DNA of 64,000 nucleotides from Acholeplasma sp. (GCA_036677365.1 JAVBWN010000012.1:148478-212477); one strand, 5' to 3'. Shown: positions 40,895-53,280, counted from the stretch's first letter. The notes: a model not told the origin generated them from the sequence alone. Numbers and translations are program-made.

Positions 40895-41437
40895 ATGTTA
40901 GGCAACCAAAGGATCATTCCAGCCATCAGTAATCACCAAGAACTGAGGCTGTTCTTACAAACCAGTTTAACCTATGGCATATTGATGAATTTTCAATTGG
41001 CACAGTTACCTGATTTGGTTTTAGAAATGAAAAGCAAACAGAAAAAAGTCCTCATCCACTCTGAATTGATCAAAGGGTTGAGTTCCGATGAGTTTGGGGC
41101 GATATACCTCATTCAATCCCTCAAAGTCGATGGCATCATTTCATCGAAACCCAAAGTGATTGAAGTGTGTAAAAAGCGAAAAGTGGTAGGCATTTTAAGA
41201 TTCTTCTTGAAAGACTCCATTTCACTCGAACAAAGCTTAGAAGTAGCGAGTAAAACCAACCCAGACTACCTAGAAGTTTTACCAGCACTTTGTATCGATG
41301 TCATTCCAGAAATCAAACAACACATCCATTGTGACATCATGATGGGTGGCTTGATTCGAACCAAAGACCAAATAGCCGCTTGCCTACTTGCAGGTGCGGT
41401 CGCGGTCACTACATCCAATCCGAAGTTTTGGATCTAA
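40895..41437 (+). CDS. glpP: Glycerol-3-phosphate-responsive antiterminator
   Basis: H.ELIKGL, DGIISSK, RFFLKDS.S, PDYLEVLP, GGLIRT, VTTS. Confidence 0.93.
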   Translation: MLGNQRIIPAISNHQELRLFLQTSLTYGILMNFQLAQLPDLVLEMKSKQKKVLIHSELIKGLSSDEFGAIYLIQSLKVDGIISSKPKVIEVCKKRKVVGILRFFLKDSISLEQSLEVASKTNPDYLEVLPALCIDVIPEIKQHIHCDIMMGGLIRTKDQIAACLLAGAVAVTTSNPKFWI

Positions 41438-41454
41438 ACACAAATTAATATTTT

Positions 41455-41512
41455 AAAGAGAGATAAGAGAGAAAATGCATGTATTCATACATCCTTTTTC
41501 TCTTTTTAAATT
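41455..41512 (+). terminator. Terminator/attenuator between glpP and the glycerol catabolic genes
   Basis: AGAGATAAGAG overlaps the AAGAGAGAAA/TTTTTCTCTT stem with inner ATGTAT/ATACAT; T tract. Confidence 0.7.
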
Positions 41513-41527
41513 TTATAGGAGGCCTTC

Positions 41528-42964
41528 ATGAAAGACTATATCATCATCGGGTCCGGTATCATCGGATCCCTCATTACCCGTGAATTATCGAAATACCCTG
41601 TATCTGTGTTGGTAATCGATAAAGAAAACGACATCGCGAGTCACCAAACCATCGCCAACAGTGCGATCATCCATTCCGGACATGACCCCAAACCTGGGAC
41701 ACTGAAAGCCCGTTTGTGCGTAGAAGGGAATCAAATGTACGATGTTTTAGAAAAAGAACTCGACATTCCGTTACTCCGAACCGGGGCCTACGTGGTTGCC
41801 CATAATCACTTTGAAGAACAAATGCTTCAAGACTTACAACAACGCGCCAAACAAAATCATGTGATGGGGACTTATTTTTTAAGCGGTGATGAAGCACGAA
41901 AAGTTGAACCTAGGTTGTCTGAAACCATCACCAAAGTATTGTCCTTACCTACAACAAAAGTGACTTTCCCTTGGGAAGTCGCGATTCACGCGATAGCCAA
42001 CGCCATCAAAAATGGGGCTGAATTTAAAAGGAATGCCCACGTTATATCCATCGATAAGAAAGCAGATCATTACCTCTTGAACCTAAAAGATGGTACGCAA
42101 TTAGAGGCTAAACATGTCATCAACGCGGCCGGCGTCATGAGTGATATCATTGCTGCGATGATCGAAGAACAGCCTGAATTTGAAATCAAACCTCGAAAAG
42201 GGGAATATTTTGTTTTAGACCGTAAAGCCGTAGGGTTATTCAACCATGTGATTTACCCACTGCCAACCAAAGCAGGTAAAGGGGTCCTCATCGTTCCCCA
42301 AACCCATGGGAATATCTTACTTGGACCTACCTCATATGAGGTGACAGACCGTGAAGATGAATCCACCACGAGAGACGGTATGAAGTATATTAAAGAACAA
42401 CTCAAATCGTTATCGAATCAAATTCCGTTTGATATTATCATTAGAAACTTTGCAGGTGTTAGAGCCACATCAACGTATGAAGATTTCTACATTCAAGAAT
42501 CCAAAGTCCACAAAGGTTTTTATCACGTAGCAGGCATCGATTCACCAGGGTTAACGGCAGCCCCAGCGATTGCGAAATATGTGGTTGAAGAAGTCATTAA
42601 GATGGATTTAAAACCCAAACCAGATTTCAACCCCGATCATAAAGCCATCCCATTATTCCATACATTACCTGATGAAGACAAAAAGATGGCCATCCAACAA
42701 TACCCAAAGCATGGACACCTGGTCTGTAAGTGTGAAAAGATAACCGAACAAGACATCATCGATGCCATCCATAGCCTAACCGGCAACGACACCATCAAAG
42801 GCATTAAAAAGCGTGCCCGTGCTGGGGCAGGTTTATGTCAAGGGGGCTATTGTGAATCAGAAGTATTGAAGATCATTGCGAGAGAAACCAAGAAAAAACC
42901 AAATGAAGTGAATTACTACGCAGAAAACACACCGATACTTGTAAAGGAGACGAAAACCAAATGA
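41528..42964 (+). CDS. FAD-dependent glycerol-3-phosphate dehydrogenase (GlpA-like, C-terminal BFD-like 2Fe-2S)
   Basis: IIGSGIIG, ANSAIIHSG, SPGLTAAPA, CKCE...CQGGYC; in the glp operon. Confidence 0.88.
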   Translation: MKDYIIIGSGIIGSLITRELSKYPVSVLVIDKENDIASHQTIANSAIIHSGHDPKPGTLKARLCVEGNQMYDVLEKELDIPLLRTGAYVVAHNHFEEQMLQDLQQRAKQNHVMGTYFLSGDEARKVEPRLSETITKVLSLPTTKVTFPWEVAIHAIANAIKNGAEFKRNAHVISIDKKADHYLLNLKDGTQLEAKHVINAAGVMSDIIAAMIEEQPEFEIKPRKGEYFVLDRKAVGLFNHVIYPLPTKAGKGVLIVPQTHGNILLGPTSYEVTDREDESTTRDGMKYIKEQLKSLSNQIPFDIIIRNFAGVRATSTYEDFYIQESKVHKGFYHVAGIDSPGLTAAPAIAKYVVEEVIKMDLKPKPDFNPDHKAIPLFHTLPDEDKKMAIQQYPKHGHLVCKCEKITEQDIIDAIHSLTGNDTIKGIKKRARAGAGLCQGGYCESEVLKIIARETKKKPNEVNYYAENTPILVKETKTK

Positions 42965-44216
42965 TGACCACCGACCTAACCATCATTGGGGGTGGGGCAG
43001 CCGGACTTGCTGCCGCACTGTCAGCCTATGATGACCATTTAAACATATTAATCATCGAACGTGAACCCCGTTTGGGGGGTATCCTAAACCAATGTATCCA
43101 CAATGGGTTTGGCTTACACATGTTTCAAGAAGAGCTCACCGGTCCAGAATACGCGACCCGTTTCATTGAATCTCTGAAAAATAAGAACATTGAAGTATTG
43201 TTGGGAACCACCGTCATCGACATTCAAAAGAAAACCAACTTTGACATCACACTCACCAGCGAAAAAGATGGGTATCAGCACTTAAGATCGAAAGCCGTCA
43301 TCATCGCTTCTGGGTGTTATGAACGTACCCGTGGGGCCGTTCAAATCCCTGGCGAAAGACCCAAAGGCATCATGCCTGCAGGCAGTGCACAGCGCTATTT
43401 GAACATGGAAGGGTATTTGGTGGGTAAACGTGTTTTTATCTTAGGCAGTGGCGACATTGGACTTATCATGGCCAGACGCATGACTTTAGAAGGGGCACAA
43501 GTCTTAGGTGTGGCTGAACTCATGCCTTATTCGAATGGGTTAACAAGAAACATCGTTCAATGCTTAAATGATTTTGACATACCTTTATACTTATCACATA
43601 CCGTAACCAACATCAAAGGTAAGGACATCTTGGAACAAATCACGATTCAACAAGTCGATGACAAATTTGAACCCATCCCAGGTACAGAGAAAGTATTTGA
43701 TGTGGATACTTTATTGTTATCGATTGGTCTGATCCCAGATGTGGGTTTGTTCGATTCCTTAAAAATGAAAAAAAGCCCAATTACGAAAAGCGCGGTGGTA
43801 GACCAATCACTCATGACAAATGTCGAAGGCTTGTTCGTTTGTGGGAATGCTTTACATGTCCACGATTTGGTCGACTGGGTATCCAAAGAAGGCGAAAAAG
43901 CTGGACATTATGCGAAAGCATTTTTGTTGGAAAAAAGACAAAACGAAAAAGACTTAAAACCCATCACTGTGGGCAGCCATATCCGCTATATCGTCCCTCA
44001 ATTGATCGATTTCAATGACCTCGATGAACCGATTCAGTGTTCGTTTAGAGTCACAAAGAAAATGGCTCAAGGCACGATTAAAGTCATTCAAAATGGACAA
44101 GTCATCGTCCAAAAGAAAGCGAAATACATCGCTCCCGCTGAAATGGAAAACATCGTGATTCGAAAAGAACATTTCAATTCGAACCAACCGATTGAAATAT
44201 GTTTGGAGGAAACTTT

Positions 44217-44220
<4 letters not shown>
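42961..44220 (+). CDS. NAD(P)/FAD-dependent oxidoreductase (glycerol-3-P dehydrogenase partner)
   Basis: IIGGGAAG, QCIHNGFG, GSGDIGLIMARR, GNALHVHDLVD. Confidence 0.88.
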
Positions 44221-46066
<1,846 letters not shown>

Positions 46067-46105
46067 GACTTGATTTCTTATCAACAATTCAATTATAATG
46101 TAACT

Positions 46106-46188
46106 ACCATAAAGAGAAGGCGAGAGACAAGCTCATTGACCCTTCAGCAACCTACCGTAGGCAAGGTGCTAACGCTTGGATGATGGGG
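46106..46188 (+). ncRNA. SAM-I (S-box) riboswitch aptamer lacking P4
   Basis: P1 CCAT/ATGG; AAGAG J1/2; P2 GAAGG/CCTTC with GA/GA kink-turn and GAG/CTC; loop CAAG pairs with CTTG (pseudoknot); P3 AGCAACC/GGTGCT; promoter TTGATT-18-TATAAT upstream. Confidence 0.85.
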
Positions 46189-46201
46189 ATACTATACAAA
46201 C

Positions 46202-46232
46202 AAAGCCCATCTTCGCGATGGGTTTTTCTTTT
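46202..46232 (+). terminator. Riboswitch expression-platform terminator
   Basis: GCCCATC-TTCGC-GATGGGT plus T tract; its 5' arm CCCATC can instead pair with aptamer GATGGG (46182-46187) as an antiterminator. Confidence 0.8.
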
Positions 46233-46249
46233 GGTAGAAAGAGGTATAT

Positions 46250-46567
46250 ATGTTTCCATTTGGACAAAATGCAGTAAAAAAAGATGTGAAAAAGGTTTTA
46301 TTTGATTTGGTTAGGGTATCTTCGGATATCGAGTTTCAATTATTGTGTAGATACCTATTAGACAAAGGATTCAGGCCAATCCAACCGGAATTGGCGTATG
46401 AACATCCACGTACCCTCGCGATTCCTCTACATCCTAATGACCATACGTATGGTTATGTAGGTATCCATGTGGTGGCTGCTCAAGTGTATCATGGGGCGCA
46501 TTTATATGAATCGGTTGAAACATACCTAGCGAGTACTAAGGATATATTGCCTATAAAAAGAAATTGA
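46250..46567 (+). CDS. Hypothetical protein under SAM-riboswitch control
   Basis: RBS GAGGT; 105 aa; no family recognised. Confidence 0.7.
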   Translation: MFPFGQNAVKKDVKKVLFDLVRVSSDIEFQLLCRYLLDKGFRPIQPELAYEHPRTLAIPLHPNDHTYGYVGIHVVAAQVYHGAHLYESVETYLASTKDILPIKRN

Positions 46568-46637
46568 CTGATCCATCGCTGCATGCTAGAACATTCGAAT
46601 ACCTATTTATAACGAAGATTAGAATATCAAAATATTT

Positions 46638-46704
46638 TGTAAGCGCTATATTGACAACGCTTTCATGGATGGATATAATGTAATCGTATTAGGATACTGT
46701 ATCC
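46638..46704 (+). promoter_or_regulatory. Malate-operon promoter with cre-like site and GntR-like operator
   Basis: TGTAAGCGCTATAT; TTGACA-17-TATAAT (46651-46679); palindrome GGATAC-T-GTATCC (46692-46704). Confidence 0.65.
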
Positions 46705-46738
46705 AAAATACAAAATCCAAAAATTAAGGGAGAAAAGT

Positions 46739-48073
46739 ATGGAAAGAGTTAAAAGAGTCTTGTTAGACTCAAAGGTGATGGGGATACCTTGGCTAGTATT
46801 CATGGTCATCGGTGCGGTATTGTTTTTAGCAACATACCTTAAAGTAATGCCTTCAAGTATGGTTGGCGCATTCGCAATCATCATGTTTTTAGGCGCATTG
46901 CTCGGTTTTATTGGTGATAATACACCGATTATTAAAGATTACTTTGGTGGCGGTCCAATCGTCATCATCTTCGGTGTGGCAGCTTTGGTGTATTTCAAAT
47001 GGATGCCATCTGAAATGGTTACAAGCATCAATAGTTTCATGACCACAGGGGCACTCAAAAATGGTGCGAACGTGGTGGGTTACAAAGCTGGATTCCTCGA
47101 TTTTTATATCGCAGCACTCATTACTGGTAGTATTTTAGGGATGAATAAAAAATTACTCATCAAAGCATCCTTACGTTACTTCCCAGTCATCATTGGTGCG
47201 ACCTTACTCGCTTTATTATTTGCAGGTTTATTCGGCTTCTTCATGACTTATGGTTTCAAAGATGGTATGTTCTTCATCGGTATGCCAATCATGGGTGGCG
47301 GTATGGGTGCAGGTGCAGTCCCACTATCGACTGTCATGTCCAATATTTTGGGTGTACCAGCAGAAGAAATCTTATCACGCTTGGTCCCAGCGGTCGCTTT
47401 AGCCAATGCCATGGCGATTGTTGCGGCAGGATTATTAGACAAATTGGGTAAAAAATTCCCTAAATTGACTGGGAACGGTAAGTTGATGAGGGGCACCAAT
47501 GATTTTGATTTTGCAGACAAAGACGAAAAACTATCCGATGATCCAGCAAACTATGGTGTCGGTCTACTCATCGCAGTAACGTTCATGGTATTTGGAGCAA
47601 TCATTGAAAAGTTTGTCCCAGACATTCATTTCTATGCATGGATGATCATTTCTGTCGGTGTGGTTAAAGTATTGGGTATTTTACCTAGAAAATATGAGCT
47701 CATGGCTCAAAAATGGTATCAATTTGTTGCAGCAAACTTCACATTGGCTTTACTTGCAGGCATTGGTGTATCTTACATCAACCTCGGTCAAATCATCAGT
47801 GCAGTGAATGTGACTTACGTTGTCTTGGTTTTGGTCACTGTCTTAGGTGCCATTATTGGGGCAGGTTTGGTTGGACATTTCATGGGTCTATATGCCATTG
47901 AAGCAGCCATCACTGGTGGATTATGTATGGCAAACATGGGTGGTACCGGTGACGTAGCAGTACTTGGTGCATCCAAACGTATGGAACTCATGCCGTTTGC
48001 ACAAATCTCATCGCGTATCGGTGGGGCATTCATATTATTACTCACCAGTTTCTTATTGATGTTATTAAGCTAA
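46739..48073 (+). CDS. 2-hydroxycarboxylate (malate/citrate) symporter, 2HCT family
   Basis: GGGMGAGAVPL, CMANMGGTGDVAVL, FAQISSRIGG. Confidence 0.93.
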   Translation: MERVKRVLLDSKVMGIPWLVFMVIGAVLFLATYLKVMPSSMVGAFAIIMFLGALLGFIGDNTPIIKDYFGGGPIVIIFGVAALVYFKWMPSEMVTSINSFMTTGALKNGANVVGYKAGFLDFYIAALITGSILGMNKKLLIKASLRYFPVIIGATLLALLFAGLFGFFMTYGFKDGMFFIGMPIMGGGMGAGAVPLSTVMSNILGVPAEEILSRLVPAVALANAMAIVAAGLLDKLGKKFPKLTGNGKLMRGTNDFDFADKDEKLSDDPANYGVGLLIAVTFMVFGAIIEKFVPDIHFYAWMIISVGVVKVLGILPRKYELMAQKWYQFVAANFTLALLAGIGVSYINLGQIISAVNVTYVVLVLVTVLGAIIGAGLVGHFMGLYAIEAAITGGLCMANMGGTGDVAVLGASKRMELMPFAQISSRIGGAFILLLTSFLLMLLS

Positions 48074-48089
48074 AAAGGAAGGTATTACC

Positions 48090-49268
48090 ATGTCTACAGT
48101 TTACGAAAAAGCGTTATTAAAACACGCTGAATGGCAAGGCAAGATGGGCACTTATTTAAAAGCACCCATCGAGTCTAGAGAAGACTTAAATCTTGCATAT
48201 ACACCAGGGGTGGCACAACCTTGTATTGAAATCCACAAAAACAAGGATGATGTGTACAAATATACTTGGAAAGGCAATACCGTAGCCGTCATCACCGATG
48301 GTACGGCGGTATTGGGATTAGGCGATATTGGTCCAGAAGCCAGCCTACCAGTCATGGAAGGCAAGTGTGCATTACTCAAACGCTTTGGTAATGTGGATGC
48401 GGTACCAATCGCTTTAAATACCAAAGATCCCAAAGAAATCATTCAAATATGTAAGGCATTAGCCCCGGCATTTGGTGGTTTTAATTTAGAAGATATCAGT
48501 GCCCCACGTTGTGTTGAAATCGAACGTGCACTCATAGAAGCTTTAGATATCCCTGTATTTCACGATGACCAACACGGAACAGCCATTGTGGTTACTGCGG
48601 GTCTCATCAATGCGTTAAAGCTTGTCAACAAGCGTTTTGAAGACATCAAAGTGGTCGTCTCAGGTGCAGGTGCTGCAGGCAGCTCCATCATTAGTATGAT
48701 TTCAAAGATGGGTGTTAAGAACATCTTGGCCTTCAATGTCAAAGGAATCATTACGAAAGATGATTACGATCAATATGATTTCTTAACCAAAGAACTCACG
48801 GAAATCGTTAATCCGAATCGTGAAAGAATAGCTTTTAAGGATGCATTCCACAATGCGGATGTGTTCATTGGTGTGTCAGCACCGAAAATTGTTTCTAAAG
48901 AAATGATTCAATCGATGGCTAGGGATGCGATTGTATTCTCGATGGCCAACCCTGAACCTGAAATTTCCTATGTGGATGCTAAAGCAGCAGGCGCTCATAT
49001 TGTCGGGACTGGTCGTAGTGATTCACCAAACCAAGTCAATAATATCCTCGCATTCCCTGGGTTATTCAGAGGGGCACTCGATTGTCGTGCCAGCCGTATC
49101 AACGAAGAAATGAAATTAGCGGCCGCGGTGGGTATTTCAAAACTCATCAGTGATGCTGAATTATCCCCAGAATATGTCATTCCCTCAGCCTTTGATCCAA
49201 GGGTTTCTGAAGTGGTAGCATCCGAAGTCAAAAAAGCGGCTTACGAAACGAAAGTCGCCAGAATATAA
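48090..49268 (+). CDS. NAD(P)-dependent malic enzyme
   Basis: AYTPGVA, DGTAVLGLGDIG, NLEDI, FHDDQHGTA, GAGAAG, GRSD. Confidence 0.95.
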   Translation: MSTVYEKALLKHAEWQGKMGTYLKAPIESREDLNLAYTPGVAQPCIEIHKNKDDVYKYTWKGNTVAVITDGTAVLGLGDIGPEASLPVMEGKCALLKRFGNVDAVPIALNTKDPKEIIQICKALAPAFGGFNLEDISAPRCVEIERALIEALDIPVFHDDQHGTAIVVTAGLINALKLVNKRFEDIKVVVSGAGAAGSSIISMISKMGVKNILAFNVKGIITKDDYDQYDFLTKELTEIVNPNRERIAFKDAFHNADVFIGVSAPKIVSKEMIQSMARDAIVFSMANPEPEISYVDAKAAGAHIVGTGRSDSPNQVNNILAFPGLFRGALDCRASRINEEMKLAAAVGISKLISDAELSPEYVIPSAFDPRVSEVVASEVKKAAYETKVARI

Positions 49269-49371
49269 AACAAAGACGGTGCGCAAGCATCGTCTTTCTT
49301 GTATACATTATCCAAAAAACATGTTATCATTTTAGTGTAGTTGACATTATCAAATAAAGGGTGATTATTTA

Positions 49372-50010
49372 ATGAAGAAAATCGAAAATATTTCATTGCG
49401 TGATAAGATCGCACTGGAGATTAAAAATGCCATCCTCAGTGGTGAAATCGCTGCAGGTACACAACTCACACAAGAAAAGATTGCTGCTGACCTCGGGGTT
49501 TCAAGAATGCCTGTGAGAGAAGCTTTATTGGCACTTGAAAAAGAAAACTTCATCGAATTTAGCCCAACCAAAAAAGCGGTTGTTTTGCCATTTTCTATGG
49601 AAGATGTACATGAACACTATTGGCTTAGAGCCAATTTAGAAAGTGAATGTGCATTCATTGCAGCATCGATGGATAATGATTTATCCAAACTATTAAAACT
49701 CCATGAAGACATGTTACAATGCACCGATTATGGCAAGTATTTGGCTTTGAATCACCAGTTTCATCAAGAAATTCATGCTTTATCCAAATTGAAGAAAACC
49801 GTTCGATTGATCGAAAGTTTATGGAACACTGTCCCACCAATCATTCGAAAAGACCATGCAAAATACGTCGAAAAATCCAATCAAGAACACAGTTCAATTG
49901 TAGGAGCCATCAAATCCAAACAACCTGCATTAGCCAGAGAACTCATGCAAAAACACATCATGCGTTCATATCGTGATTTCATGGATCAAGAAAAACAAAG
50001 AAAAGCATGA
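49372..50010 (+). CDS. GntR-family regulator (FCD domain)
   Basis: LGVSRMPVREAL wHTH; N..FH, EH..I, M..H. Confidence 0.93.
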   Translation: MKKIENISLRDKIALEIKNAILSGEIAAGTQLTQEKIAADLGVSRMPVREALLALEKENFIEFSPTKKAVVLPFSMEDVHEHYWLRANLESECAFIAASMDNDLSKLLKLHEDMLQCTDYGKYLALNHQFHQEIHALSKLKKTVRLIESLWNTVPPIIRKDHAKYVEKSNQEHSSIVGAIKSKQPALARELMQKHIMRSYRDFMDQEKQRKA

Positions 50011-50300
50011 ATACCTATATCTATGTTTTGAAATTATCCAAAAGACTTCAAGATGAACACGCCTGGACTCAAAACGATGAAAATGCTTTAGAAGCCCATT
50101 TTGATCGTATAAAAAAAGATCATCAATCGGGTAAAATCATCCACGTGGGTAGAACAGAAAACCCAAACCAAGATGGGTTTGGGCTGGTGGTTTTCAAAGC
50201 AAACACCTTAGAAGAAGCGATTGATTATATGAATGCCGATCCTGCAGTGATGGGCAAGCAAATGAGCGCGACCGTATTTCCATATAAACACATATTCTAA
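50007..50300 (+). CDS. YciI-like protein
   Basis: H...(I)K...G.I...GRT, FKA.TLEEA....ADPAV. Confidence 0.7.
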   Translation: MNTYIYVLKLSKRLQDEHAWTQNDENALEAHFDRIKKDHQSGKIIHVGRTENPNQDGFGLVVFKANTLEEAIDYMNADPAVMGKQMSATVFPYKHIF

Positions 50301-50326
50301 AATGAAAAAGACCGGGAGGTCTTTTT

Positions 50327-50683
50327 TTAGTAGTTACTATTGAAGATGATGTGAATGAGGATTAAAACAAAGGTTACTGGACCTGCAATACGGTGAGCGA
50401 TGTATAAGGCTTTGGTTTTCTTTTCAGAAAACAACATCCCCAACATCCCTGTGGTGAAAATTCCCAACAAAGCCAACGAACCAGTGATTCGAAGTTCTCC
50501 CATAGAAACGGCTACTACCATGTGAATGAGGGCAGTAAATGAAGCAAGCATACCAAATAAACGATGTTTTTTTGCAATACTTTTGACCCATGGGTGTTTC
50601 ACATAACGTTTCAATCCATTGGTAGCGGCTAAAACAAAGAATGTGGCTGCTAAAATACCTAAAATAGTGATCAACAATGACAT
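50327..50683 (-). CDS. Small membrane protein with four TM His residues (cytochrome b/ferric reductase-like)
   Basis: HRLFG...IH and HRIAG...IH; RBS GGAGG before ATG 50683. Confidence 0.6.
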   Translation of the reverse strand: MSLLITILGILAATFFVLAATNGLKRYVKHPWVKSIAKKHRLFGMLASFTALIHMVVAVSMGELRITGSLALLGIFTTGMLGMLFSEKKTKALYIAHRIAGPVTFVLILIHIIFNSNY

Positions 50684-50771
50684 ATCATGTCCTCCTAAGT
50701 AACGATATTGTAACACTGAAAGAAAAGATAATTCTTGAAAAATGCTTATAAAAATGGAATGTAAGGAAAAA

Positions 50772-51740
50772 TTAATCTATCCGATTCAAAAAATCAATGT
50801 AATAAGAGACTGTAACCGGATTTTCTTCCATTGGAAGATGGCCAATATCGTCGAGTAATACACGGTTTTCTGAATCAATATCGAGTGCTAAAATAAACAC
50901 ATCATAAGATAGGACAGGAATCCAAGTATCTTTCTTCCCCCACATCAAGTAAGTCGGGGCAGTGATACCCATCAGTCTGTCAACTTGATCTGTATGTTCA
51001 TCCTCATATTGGGTAGTTAATATGGATTGTCTGGTGCCTTTCTTACGTAAAATATCATAATAACGATCGAGGGTTTCATCATCCAATTTAGAAACATCAC
51101 CATAAGCGGTTCTTAGAATTTGTTTGAGTAAGAAACGAGGGGTCAATTGACTCACAAATGAAGCCACCCAAGGCTGATTAATCCACCCGTTGGTATTACG
51201 GGTAGACATTTTTGGTGGTACAGCATCAATCAATATGAGTGAGTTGGTTAAGGCAGGGTATTCACTGGCAAAATACCAAGAAACTGCCCCACCTAAAGAG
51301 TTTCCCCCAATATGGATGTTATCTATAGACAAATGATCGAGTAAGGCTTTCACTACTGCGGCACTGCGTCTATATGACGTGATGTTATCTTCAAAGCCAT
51401 CAGATAAACCAAAATAAGGTAAATCCATCAACAAAACACGATAACCTTCTTGTACCAATGATTCTGCCCAAGGGATAAATGTATGTGAAGATGAAAATGC
51501 ACCATGAAGTAATAAAATCGCAGGAAGCGCAGAATCACCCATGTCCATATAGTGAATATCAATCTCTAACGTATCCCCTTCAAGTGACAATATTTCCAAA
51601 TTCACTAGATGAGAATGATCCGTTAGATACATGGATTTGATCCGTTCAACACTCAAATCACGTCTATAAAATACGATCACAAAAACAATCATGATAGATA
51701 AAAAAATCAAACCAATGATTTTAAGCCATTTCTTCACCAT
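50772..51740 (-). CDS. Alpha/beta hydrolase with N-terminal anchor
   Basis: LLHG, GNSLGG, WGKKD, GHLPMEE. Confidence 0.9.
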   Translation of the reverse strand: MVKKWLKIIGLIFLSIMIVFVIVFYRRDLSVERIKSMYLTDHSHLVNLEILSLEGDTLEIDIHYMDMGDSALPAILLLHGAFSSSHTFIPWAESLVQEGYRVLLMDLPYFGLSDGFEDNITSYRRSAAVVKALLDHLSIDNIHIGGNSLGGAVSWYFASEYPALTNSLILIDAVPPKMSTRNTNGWINQPWVASFVSQLTPRFLLKQILRTAYGDVSKLDDETLDRYYDILRKKGTRQSILTTQYEDEHTDQVDRLMGITAPTYLMWGKKDTWIPVLSYDVFILALDIDSENRVLLDDIGHLPMEENPVTVSYYIDFLNRID

Positions 51741-51886
51741 AATCGCCTCCTTATGTTTACTATAACCCATTTGTCATACATATTCAATCATAGACTATGA
51801 ATATTAGCATAAATAAAATGTTGACTAACTCTAGATATTGAAAACTATCAGTGTTATGATAATAAATGAAAAGGAAGTGATATATA

Positions 51887-53170
51887 ATGAAAAAAATCAT
51901 CATCGTATTGTTACTTTTACTGTCATTATCAGCGTGCAAACAGCCACAAAGAAATGAACAAAATGATATTTTTGAAGAAGGACTATTGGCTGTAAGCAAA
52001 AACGGATACTATGGATATATCAATGAGAAAGGCGAAGAAATCATCCCTTTTATATTCAATCGAGCTACCGCTTTTTATCGTGGAATAGCCATCGTCCAAG
52101 ATAACCAAAGCCGTGCTAATCTCATCAATAAGCAAGGAGAATTGTTGTTTGAAAATGGATATACAACGATTTATCGCGACAATGATACGAAATTTTTCAT
52201 TGTTGTGGATGAAGATAAATATGGGCTTTTAGATATCAAAGGTGACATCATTGTGGATTTAATCTATGACGATATAGAACCTTTTTATGAAGGTTTAGCA
52301 GTAGTTAAAAAAGATAATAAATATGGGTATATCAACACCCACGGTGAAATTGTGATTGAGCCAACATATGCTATGGCGAAGCGTTTCTCACACGGCTTGG
52401 CAGCGGTTTTGAATAATGAACTATGGGGATATATCAATTCGAAAAACGAAGTTGTCATCGATTTTCAATATAGTTATGCAAGTCATTTCGACGATTCCGC
52501 ACGTGCGGTTGTCACAGTACTGGATCAAACCTTACATAAGTATTATTTGATTGATGCTTCAAACCACAAATACATCGAAGATGCCTACTCTATTCGTGGG
52601 GATGGTCCTATTTACGCTGTAGCAACCCTAGATGGTAGCTACTTATATAAACCAGATGGGTCTAGATTTGTTGAAACCAAGTTTGATACAATCCATCAAA
52701 TCGAAGACTATTATGTGCATGCAGATTTAGTCAATCAAACGGTATTTGTATATTATAAATCCAATGGTGAAATCATTCAAATGCTAGAGCATGATACACA
52801 ACTCATTTATATAAGGCACCACTTTGAAGAACAGATGGTTTTACAAAGTGTGGAAAATGGCAGTATTCATATATTCTTGGATGAAAAAGAAATCATTCTA
52901 GAATCATTGTCCTTGTTACAAGTTCTATCGGAGGATTTATTTGTCACTCAAAATCAGACGTATCAAGTCGGTATTATGAATACGAAGGGTGAAATCATCG
53001 TTGACTTTATATATGATTCGCTCTATCAAGGGGCAGATGGTTATTTGATTACACGTGCAAATGGTTATTATGGGTTTTTAAATTCTCAGTATGAGACCAT
53101 CGTCCCACCGATTTATCAAAACGTATGGCACTGGTATAACATCAGCAATTTTGGTCAACCACATCAATAA
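51887..53170 (+). CDS. WG-repeat lipoprotein
   Basis: Lipobox LSAC; repeated 'F.EGLAVV..NKYGYIN..GE.VI' units. Confidence 0.88.
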   Translation: MKKIIIVLLLLLSLSACKQPQRNEQNDIFEEGLLAVSKNGYYGYINEKGEEIIPFIFNRATAFYRGIAIVQDNQSRANLINKQGELLFENGYTTIYRDNDTKFFIVVDEDKYGLLDIKGDIIVDLIYDDIEPFYEGLAVVKKDNKYGYINTHGEIVIEPTYAMAKRFSHGLAAVLNNELWGYINSKNEVVIDFQYSYASHFDDSARAVVTVLDQTLHKYYLIDASNHKYIEDAYSIRGDGPIYAVATLDGSYLYKPDGSRFVETKFDTIHQIEDYYVHADLVNQTVFVYYKSNGEIIQMLEHDTQLIYIRHHFEEQMVLQSVENGSIHIFLDEKEIILESLSLLQVLSEDLFVTQNQTYQVGIMNTKGEIIVDFIYDSLYQGADGYLITRANGYYGFLNSQYETIVPPIYQNVWHWYNISNFGQPHQ

Positions 53171-53280
53171 ATAAAAGCTTGATATGGGCTCAGTTGGTGT
53201 GTAGATACACTCAAAGCAAATATTTTGAACTTAAAACCAAATATGGTATTCTATACTTACGATAATTAAGGAGTGATGAT

